Made by a program: the position numbers and the translations under genes
The notes under the pieces: model-generated
What the model saw: only the letters and a program-made list of their open reading frames with translations
Databases searched by the model: none
Told to the model about the DNA's origin: nothing
Source: Holosporales bacterium
GTDB lineage: Bacteria > Pseudomonadota > Alphaproteobacteria > JAJTHO01
Direction of reading: 5' to 3'
DNA: 62,349 nt
Assembly: GCA_046338525.1 (NCBI GenBank)
Contig: JBKDWF010000052.1
Location: 1 to 62,349, forward strand
Shown here: one piece after another, positions 55,828 to 62,349 of the stretch
Layout of the letters: every line of letters begins with the position of its first letter
How positions within the stretch are numbered: position 1 is the first letter of the stretch

Positions 55828-56414
55828 TGTTTGTTCTGGGCATTACTGGTAGTGTCGGGGCTGGGAAATCAACCTTGATGCGGCTGTTGCGGCGGGGAGG
55901 CTATGTTACTCTTAGTGCTGATAAAATATTCCACTATTTGTTAGCCCGCGATCCTCATGTGCATAATATGTTAAAACGCCTTGGTGTAGCACCCACACGC
56001 CCGGCGTTATGGGCATGGCTTGAACAGGATGCACAGCATTGGCCATTGTGGCAAGCATTCACAGGCGCACTCATCGCGCGGGAACTGCACCGACGGTTAC
56101 TAACCTTGCAGCGGTTGCATATTGCTGCTGTTGCTATAGAGATTCCTCTGCTCTTTGAACTTGGCCTTGGTGTTTTAGTGCATCAGGTTATTGGTGCGGA
56201 AAGTTCGCAGACACAACAAAAGCTAAGACTGAAGCGTCGAGGGTTATCCCCTAAGCGAAGAGCCGCCATCACAGTAAGAGGATTACCTGCTTTTATTGCA
56301 ACAAAACTTGCAGACGATCGCGTATTAACAAAAGGCCTACGGGGAAAAACCGGGCAATTTTTAGCTCAAGCAGCGTGCAAGCGCACAGCGGTATCAACCT
56401 CAAACAAACGATAG
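55827..56414 (+). CDS. coaE: Dephospho-CoA kinase
   Basis: A GTG start overlaps the aroE stop (taGTG). The P-loop GITGSVGAGKST is at the N-terminus. About 195 aa. The aroE-coaE order is common in alphaproteobacteria. Confidence 0.75.
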   Translation: MFVLGITGSVGAGKSTLMRLLRRGGYVTLSADKIFHYLLARDPHVHNMLKRLGVAPTRPALWAWLEQDAQHWPLWQAFTGALIARELHRRLLTLQRLHIAAVAIEIPLLFELGLGVLVHQVIGAESSQTQQKLRLKRRGLSPKRRAAITVRGLPAFIATKLADDRVLTKGLRGKTGQFLAQAACKRTAVSTSNKR

Positions 56415-57301
56415 CTGACAGGGGCGGTATCCCCTGAACCAAGAATCGCATAATTTTCACTGTCCGAGAGCAATGCTTCGACAAGGCGGTAGTGCATGTA
56501 GTGCCCAGCTTTAACGCCCGTGTAGCGAGCCAGCAACGGGTATCCCGCCAAAGCCAAATCCCCCACAGCATCAAGAAGCTTATGACGCACGCATTCTTCA
56601 TGCATTCTAAAACCTTCGGGGTTCAAGACGCGAGCGCCGTCCACCACCACGGCATTGTCTAAACTACCCCCCAAAGCGAGACCCGCCGCCCGCATCTGGG
56701 TAATATCCTTGGCGCAGGTAAATGTCCTAGCCGCAGCCAATTCCGCCTTAAACGCATAAGGAGAAAGCATTAATGTTGCCTGTTGTTCGCCAATGGCTAT
56801 ATCTTGGAAAGAAATGCGGGCATCGAGATAAAATGCATCGGCTGGCTCTAACCGGGCTACCTTATCGCCGTCGCGGTATTCTACCGGACGCAGCACCTTC
56901 AAATAACGGCGTGAGGCACTTTGGGCACGAAGACCAGCAGACTCAATAAGAAAAACAAATGGTTCTGAACTTCCGTCCAAAATCGGAACTTCAACGGCGT
57001 CAAGATCGCATAAGACATTATCAACCCCTAGCGCACTAAGCGCCGCCAAAACATGCTCCACAGTCATGACCGCCGCGTCGGTTTCACTGTCATGCAACAT
57101 GGTGCACAATGGTGACGGCGACACATTATCGGCACTGACTGCAATCGTTGGCCTACCCGGTAAATCAACACGACGAAAAACAATCCCGGTATTTGGCCGA
57201 GCAGGACGCAACGTCAAAGATACTTCTTTCCCAGAGTGTAACCCAACGCCTGAGCAAAAAATCGGGCGGCGCAGGGTATGTTGGGAAGAACGAAGGGGCA
57301 C
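56366..57301 (-). CDS. lpxC: UDP-3-O-acyl-N-acetylglucosamine deacetylase
   Basis: 311 aa. QHTLRRPIFCSGVGLHSGK, TVEHVLAAL and HKLLDAVGDL motifs. Confidence 0.9.
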   Translation of the reverse strand: MPLRSSQHTLRRPIFCSGVGLHSGKEVSLTLRPARPNTGIVFRRVDLPGRPTIAVSADNVSPSPLCTMLHDSETDAAVMTVEHVLAALSALGVDNVLCDLDAVEVPILDGSSEPFVFLIESAGLRAQSASRRYLKVLRPVEYRDGDKVARLEPADAFYLDARISFQDIAIGEQQATLMLSPYAFKAELAAARTFTCAKDITQMRAAGLALGGSLDNAVVVDGARVLNPEGFRMHEECVRHKLLDAVGDLALAGYPLLARYTGVKAGHYMHYRLVEALLSDSENYAILGSGDTAPVSYRLFEVDTAVRLHAA

Positions 57302-57414
57302 GGGAATAGTCTCTCCAATTATTTTCTAGAACCAATTTTGCCGCATAGCAGCATGGAAAGCAAAAGACGTTTTGTTACGGATTGTAACGGCTACTGTTCA
57401 ATAATTATGGAGGA

Positions 57415-57957
57415 TTACTGGGAGCGAATGAGCCGAGCAAGGTCTGCCGCTGCTCCCGGCGTTAGTTCCCCCACTTGCCGCCACAACAAACGCCCATCCC
57501 TATCAACACCAAAAGTCTCCGGAACCCCTCGTACGCCCCACGCCACCCCAGCAGTGCCCTCATCATCAAAGCCAATGCGAGTAAAAGGATTTCCATATGT
57601 TGCCAGCAATTTAGCGAGCGCATCAGGACTATCTTGAAACGCAATACCAATGACAGGAATACCAGCGTTTTTTAAAGCATGAAGCTGAGGAAACTCAGCA
57701 ATACAAGGAGCACACCATGAGGCAAAAAAGTTTATCACAACGGGTTGTCGCGCTTGGCGCAAACTCGTGTCACTTATCAAAGGAGCACCCCCTGGAAACC
57801 CCTTTACTGCAAAGACCGGCATTTGCGCCAACGCCTGGGTTGAGGTTATGGTTCCACGCCATAAAGCAAGACCTAATGCCAAACAAAATACACTGGCAAA
57901 AGCAAGCTTATAAAAAAGCTTACTTCGTTTTTGACCACCAACCACGTCGTCCTCCAT
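57415..57957 (-). CDS. ccmG: Thiol:disulfide oxidoreductase CcmG/DsbE (cytochrome c maturation)
   Basis: 180 aa. N-terminal TM anchor, the WCAPC active site and the GVRGVPETF motif. Confidence 0.8.
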   Translation of the reverse strand: MEDDVVGGQKRSKLFYKLAFASVFCLALGLALWRGTITSTQALAQMPVFAVKGFPGGAPLISDTSLRQARQPVVINFFASWCAPCIAEFPQLHALKNAGIPVIGIAFQDSPDALAKLLATYGNPFTRIGFDDEGTAGVAWGVRGVPETFGVDRDGRLLWRQVGELTPGAAADLARLIRSQ

Positions 57958-60223
57958 TCACAGGGGCATCCGTCACTGTTTTGACCTCACCTACGCTAGG
58001 ACCCAAAGGAATAGGGTCCCTAGGAACAGGAGCCACCTCCGGTAAAGGGGTTAAAATCTGAATGGCTGGTTCTTGAACAACGGCAACCACAGGCCGTTCT
58101 ACAGATTCCGAGCGACGACGATCGTTTTTTTCACTTCTATCGCGTCGGAACAAACCGCGACGACGAGGGCGTTCTGTTTCATGAACATCAGGTTTTTTTA
58201 TCTGATTTTCAGCATTCTGATGCGGTTCGGCCAAGGATTCATCTGCCTCAACCCCATCATCATTATGATTATCTTTTATTGTTGGAAATGGTTGTGTTCC
58301 GGCATTTGCTTCCTCAGAACGGCGGCCACGGCGACCACCAAGGCGCCGGCGACGCGGTTTTTGTCCATCGCCTGTAGGTGTCGGGACATCTTCACCCGGC
58401 TCGGCACTCTCTTGTGCATCTATATTCTCATCAACTTCATGAGCATTGTCAGCATCATCTTCGTTCAATTCTATTACCCTAGAACGATGCAGCGGCTTGG
58501 CCGTGTTTTCTTCTTTGTCATCAATCTCAACACGATCAGCTTCCCGCGTGACCACAAAGCCAGGAGGCGGTAAATCTTCTTTATTTTCAAATATTACCTT
58601 AATGTTTGCCTGCTGTTCAACAGCCGATAAAATACTGCGTTTATTATTAATAATGTACAGCGCAACCAACATTGGCAGCCGCACTTTATATACGCCAGTC
58701 TTTTTGGCTCCTTCATCATGCAAAACCCGCAAGACGTGCAGCGCAATCGATTCCGGCGAACGAACGCGACCCGATCCATGGCAACTTGGGCAGACAAGGG
58801 TACTGGCTTCGGTCAGGCTAGGGCGTAACCGTTGCCGCGACATTTCCAGCAACCCGAAAGAACTAATACGCCCAATTTGCAGTCTTGCCCTGTCAAATCG
58901 CACAGCATCCTTAAAGCGTTTTTCCACCGTAACATTATTGCGTCGATCAGACATATCAATAAAATCAACAACAATAAGCCCGGCTAAATCCCGCAGGCGT
59001 ACTTGACGGGCAATTTCATCGGCGGCTTCGAGGTTGGTTTTAAAGGCCGTCTCTTCAATATTTCGCTCACGAATGGCTCGACCTGAGTTAACGTCAATAG
59101 CAACCAAAGCTTCCGTTTGATTGATAACAATATACCCACCAGACGGCAGCGTAACATTAGAGCGCAAAATTGCGTCAATCTCACTCTCAATGCCAGCCGC
59201 TTGAAATAAGGGAATCGAGTCCTCATGCAACTGGATACGTTTCACATGGCTTGGCATGAGCATTTTCATCAAATCGCGTGCTTCACGAAATCCCGCCTCA
59301 CCGTCCACCACAATATGGTCAATATCGCGTTGGTAATTATCCCGAAGGGCGCGCTTAATGAGATTGCCTTCCTCATAAATCAAGGTTGGCGCGGTAGCCT
59401 CCAACGTGCGCCCCCGAATATCATCCCACAGGCGTAAAAGATACTCATAATCGCGCTTAATCTCTGGCCTTGTACGCCCTAGCCCGGCGGTACGAACGAT
59501 AACCGAAACCCCTGCCGGCACCTCTAGATCATCGATAATCTCCCGAATACGCCGACGATCCGCTGCGTTATCAATTTTACGGCTAATACCGCCGCCATTT
59601 GGGTTGTTGGGCATTAAGATACAATAGCGCCCCGCTAGCGATAAATATGTTGTAAGGGCTGCGCCCTTATTGCCTCGTTCTTCTTTGGTAACTTGCACCA
59701 AAAGAATTTGCCGCTTCTTAATAACTTCTTGAATTTTATATCGTCTTTTGCCTATCCGACGCGGGCGGTGGAAATCTTCTTCTTCTGTTTCGCGTGTTGG
59801 ACGGGGGACATTTTCTTCTGTAGGGGCATCGGCATCAACACTGCCTTCTTCTGGTGCCAAGATATCAGTGGATTCCATTGGCGCGACAACAGCCGATGCT
59901 TCCATTTCCTCATCTTCTTGGGTTTCAACTTCAGCCTCAACAGCTTCCTCGGCGAGCAATGCTTCGCGATCCGCAATAGGAATGCGAAAATAATCAGGGT
60001 GTATCTCACCAAAAGGTAAAAAACCATGTCGATTACCGCCATAATCTACAAAAGCAGCCTGCAGGGAAGGTTCTACGCGCATGACCTTTGCAAGGTAAAT
60101 ATTCCCCTTGACCTGCCGCTGTGCGATACTGTCGAAGTCTAGATCGAGAAGTTTTTTCCCCTCTACCACGGCCACTCTTGTTTCTTCAGGGTGGCTTGTA
60201 TCAATAAGCATACGCTTTGTCAT
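57920..60223 (-). CDS. rne: Ribonuclease E/G family endoribonuclease (RNase E)
   Basis: The start is set at MTKRMLIDTSHPEETRVAVVEG. S1 domain (GNIYLAKVMRVEPSLQAAFVDYG), DNase I-like and Zn-link (CPSCHGSG) regions, and a basic/acidic C-terminal tail. Confidence 0.9.
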   Translation of the reverse strand: MTKRMLIDTSHPEETRVAVVEGKKLLDLDFDSIAQRQVKGNIYLAKVMRVEPSLQAAFVDYGGNRHGFLPFGEIHPDYFRIPIADREALLAEEAVEAEVETQEDEEMEASAVVAPMESTDILAPEEGSVDADAPTEENVPRPTRETEEEDFHRPRRIGKRRYKIQEVIKKRQILLVQVTKEERGNKGAALTTYLSLAGRYCILMPNNPNGGGISRKIDNAADRRRIREIIDDLEVPAGVSVIVRTAGLGRTRPEIKRDYEYLLRLWDDIRGRTLEATAPTLIYEEGNLIKRALRDNYQRDIDHIVVDGEAGFREARDLMKMLMPSHVKRIQLHEDSIPLFQAAGIESEIDAILRSNVTLPSGGYIVINQTEALVAIDVNSGRAIRERNIEETAFKTNLEAADEIARQVRLRDLAGLIVVDFIDMSDRRNNVTVEKRFKDAVRFDRARLQIGRISSFGLLEMSRQRLRPSLTEASTLVCPSCHGSGRVRSPESIALHVLRVLHDEGAKKTGVYKVRLPMLVALYIINNKRSILSAVEQQANIKVIFENKEDLPPPGFVVTREADRVEIDDKEENTAKPLHRSRVIELNEDDADNAHEVDENIDAQESAEPGEDVPTPTGDGQKPRRRRLGGRRGRRSEEANAGTQPFPTIKDNHNDDGVEADESLAEPHQNAENQIKKPDVHETERPRRRGLFRRDRSEKNDRRRSESVERPVVAVVQEPAIQILTPLPEVAPVPRDPIPLGPSVGEVKTVTDAPVNGGRRGWWSKTK

Positions 60224-60360
60224 ATAGACCATCTCCGCAAAGCCGCACGCGACGCAAAGAACATCAAAAATTTTGGATATCCTGCATCGCCAACACGGCA
60301 AGTTTAAATAAAGACATATGTCTCTACGCCAATATTTTTAAGCAAGCAATCTTTTTTAAC

Positions 60361-60420
60361 GGCACCTTTATTAACCCATTTATGGGGATGAGTGGCTAGA
60401 AAGAGCTTTGCGAGCAACCG
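60361..60420. repeat. R2-family repeat (left arm plus internal segment)
   Basis: ggcacctttattaacccatttatggggatgagtggctagaaagagctttgcgagcaaccg is collinear with 38704..38765. Confidence 0.7.
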
Positions 60421-60493
60421 TTAAAGGCAAAATCCCCCTTGATCATCCGTGGACTCTCTTTAACAAGGTGCTATCTAATTCAGCGGAGCAATC

Positions 60494-61201
60494 ATGGAAC
60501 CCTTACATCAATCTGGCCTTGCGGCTGTCGGTGCCTCTTTATCGATAGCCGATTTGTTTTTGATGGCCGATATTGTGGTGAAAACGGTCATGATTGCTTT
60601 GCTGGTTGTATCCGTCTGGACGTGGACTGTTATTATTACGAAAACGCTTTTAATGCGGCGGCTTGAAGCGGAATCATCTGTATTTTCAGAGGCATTTTGG
60701 AATAGCTCTTCTCTTGAAATTTTGTACCAAAAGCTGGCAGACAGACCTAAAGAACCTATGGCAGCAATTTTCTGCGCGGCTGTTCGGGAATGGCAAATGG
60801 GCGTCAACAACCCCGGCACCACTAACCGAGCCACCTGGCCAGAACGGGTACAGCGCACGATTCGAGTGACCTTAGAACGAGAAGTAACAGCATTAAACAA
60901 ATCACTCACCTTCTTAGCCATAACAGGGTCCGCCGCACCCTTTGTTGGGCTTTTTGGTACAGTATGGGGGGTAATGAACAGCTTTACAGCTATTGCCGCA
61001 TCTAAAAACACCTCCTTAGCTGTTGTGGCACCGGGTATTGCCGAAGCCTTATTTGCCACGGCAATTGGCTTGTTTGCTGCTATTCCGGCCAGCATTGCAT
61101 ATAACTTTTTTGCTTCAAAGATTGAGCGATATGCGGGTAGGCTGGATGCTTTTGGGGATGAAATCACAACCTTATTATTGCGCCAAGGAGGCACCGCCTA
61201 A
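60494..61201 (+). CDS. tolQ: Tol-Pal system protein TolQ
   Basis: 235 aa MotA/TolQ/ExbB fold. GLFGTVWGVMNSF and VVAPGIAEALFATAIGL motifs. Followed by tolR and tolA. Confidence 0.9.
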   Translation: MEPLHQSGLAAVGASLSIADLFLMADIVVKTVMIALLVVSVWTWTVIITKTLLMRRLEAESSVFSEAFWNSSSLEILYQKLADRPKEPMAAIFCAAVREWQMGVNNPGTTNRATWPERVQRTIRVTLEREVTALNKSLTFLAITGSAAPFVGLFGTVWGVMNSFTAIAASKNTSLAVVAPGIAEALFATAIGLFAAIPASIAYNFFASKIERYAGRLDAFGDEITTLLLRQGGTA

Positions 61202-61641
61202 TGGGCATGGATGTATCCTCCTCAACAGGTGGACGGCGACGGCGCAATCTTGCTCTAAAACCGGATATCAACATTACGCCTTTTGTGGACGTTATGTTGG
61301 TATTGCTTATTATATTCATGCTCTCAGCCCCTCTGCTTACAGTGGGAGTTTCGGTGGATTTACCACAAAGTGCAGCGGCTCCCATGAAAAAACAAGAAGA
61401 ACCTATCGTGGTCACTCTAGCTGCTAAAGGGCAGATTTTCTTAGGTGAAACCAAGTTGGATGAACCAGGGCTTTTGGCAAAATTAAGTGCGATAGCGGCA
61501 AATAAAGACGACTCTGTCATTTACGTTCGCGCGGATAAGAACCTGAGTTATGGCCAGGTCATGCGTATCATGGGCCTGATCAGCGGTGCCGGTTATGCAA
61601 AGGTAGCCTTGGTGACGGAGCCGTTGGAAAGTGGACGCTAA
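61201..61641 (+). CDS. tolR: Tol-Pal system protein TolR
   Basis: 146 aa. DINITPFVDVMLVLLIIFM (ExbD/TolR TM helix with Asp). ATG overlaps the tolQ stop. Confidence 0.9.
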   Translation: MGMDVSSSTGGRRRRNLALKPDINITPFVDVMLVLLIIFMLSAPLLTVGVSVDLPQSAAAPMKKQEEPIVVTLAAKGQIFLGETKLDEPGLLAKLSAIAANKDDSVIYVRADKNLSYGQVMRIMGLISGAGYAKVALVTEPLESGR

Positions 61642-62349
61642 TGCGGATCGATGCCATTAGCGCAGACCGACAGCAGTCCTATGCCCTGCTTGCTTCCGTT
61701 GCCTCACATGCGGTGATGTTACTGGCGTTGATTTTTGGCTTGCCGCATACGGCACGAAAGTTTCCCGATGAACAATTGGTTGTTGCCGTGGTAAACGCCA
61801 ATGTCCTAAGCCAGCGCAGCACCGCCCCGGAACGCGCCCCCACACAGTCAACACCCCCTACCCCAAAACCTGCTGAAACGCCGACTCCCAAGCCCGAACC
61901 TAAACCAGAGCCTAAGCCAGAGCCAAAGCCTGAACCGCCGAAACCAACCCCGCCCCAAGAAGTTCAACCCCTCCCAAAGCCTGAACCGCCGAAGCCTGCT
62001 ATAAAACCACAACCTGAGGCAAAAACCCCGCCCCCAAAAAAACCTGAGGCTAAAAAACCTACACCAGAAAAACCGGTAGAAAAGAAAGCCAAAGAACCGC
62101 TGGAAAGCACTGATGATTTTGCCAGCAGTATTCTCAAGAATATCGAGAAAGCAAAGCCTGCACCCTCTGCACAACCAACAGCAACGCCGGGCAAAACGCC
62201 TCCTGGTGGCGGCGGTTCCTTCAGCGCACCCGCAGACGATCTGGCCAGTCAGCTTTCAGGCAGCGAACTAGACGCTGTACGGCAACAGATCGGTCGTTGC
62301 TGGAACTTTCCCGCAGGGGCAAAGAACCCAGAAGAGCTGATCGTTACCC
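61641..62349 (+). CDS. tolA: TolA-like protein (partial; 3' end beyond the window)
   Basis: Not in the ORF track because the frame stays open to the window end. The ATG overlaps the tolR stop (taATG). It has an N-terminal TM helix, a long PKPEPKPEP/KKP linker, and the start of the TolA/TonB-C-like domain (LDAVRQQIGRCWNFP). Confidence 0.8.
   Translation, partial: MRIDAISADRQQSYALLASVASHAVMLLALIFGLPHTARKFPDEQLVVAVVNANVLSQRSTAPERAPTQSTPPTPKPAETPTPKPEPKPEPKPEPKPEPPKPTPPQEVQPLPKPEPPKPAIKPQPEAKTPPPKKPEAKKPTPEKPVEKKAKEPLESTDDFASSILKNIEKAKPAPSAQPTATPGKTPPGGGGSFSAPADDLASQLSGSELDAVRQQIGRCWNFPAGAKNPEELIVT

Noticed and set aside
56366-56414. 49-nt convergent overlap of the coaE and lpxC 3' ends, and the 38-nt same-strand overlap of the rne 3' end with the ccmG start (57920..57957)
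   Set aside because: Both can be explained by uncertain C-terminal or start assignments in compact genomes. No frameshift, repeat or extra signal was seen that would make them noteworthy.
61850-62100. Tandem PKPEPKPEP/KKP-coding repeats
   Set aside because: This is the expected Pro/Lys/Glu-rich periplasm-spanning linker of TolA. It is not a separate repeat feature or a mobile element.

Overview
This 62.3 kb window looks like chromosomal DNA from an alphaproteobacterium. That assignment is an inference from gene content and order: rimP-nusA-infB, tolQ-tolR-tolA, serC-serA, clpS-clpA, phbA-phbB, ccmG, a PraR/PhrR-like XRE regulator, a 1-Cys DksA and a bifunctional APH/P-loop protein. Most of the window is housekeeping: fabI, rnj, hisS, fabG, clpP, glmS, yidD, tldD, dksA, pnp, ilvB, aroE, coaE, lpxC, rne, plus tRNA-Glu(UUC) and tRNA-Val(UAC).

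Several accessory features are interspersed and fit a host-associated lifestyle:
- An AT-rich ankyrin-repeat gene bracketed by about 86-bp direct repeats.
- An AT-rich pentapeptide-repeat gene directly downstream of glmS.
- A 1664-aa TpsA/filamentous-haemagglutinin-like exoprotein with no adjacent TpsB.
- An rve-type IS element with a 15-bp target duplication.
- At least three families of short palindromic/MITE-like repeats scattered through intergenic DNA.

The most unusual locus is 44.5-48.2 kb. It is a co-oriented block of flhF-flhG (an SRP-type GTPase and a MinD-type ATPase) with no other flagellar genes nearby. This is followed by three VirB2/TrbC-type pilin paralogues, the third being a fusion of two pilin modules behind a disordered repeat region, and then a VirB3-like gene. 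The block ends against convergent infB, and no virB4 or other type IV secretion genes are in the window. A perfect CRP-type palindrome (TGTGA-N6-TCACA) sits just upstream of the first pilin gene.

Other oddities:
- KdpD has a degenerate ATP-binding domain, is followed 4 nt later by a second histidine kinase, and has no response regulator or kdpABC nearby.
- An XRE-S24 repressor-like protein has both catalytic dyad residues replaced.
- A pile-up of different repeat elements lies downstream of pnp.

All calls come from reading the supplied translations and the sequence by eye. No database search was run.
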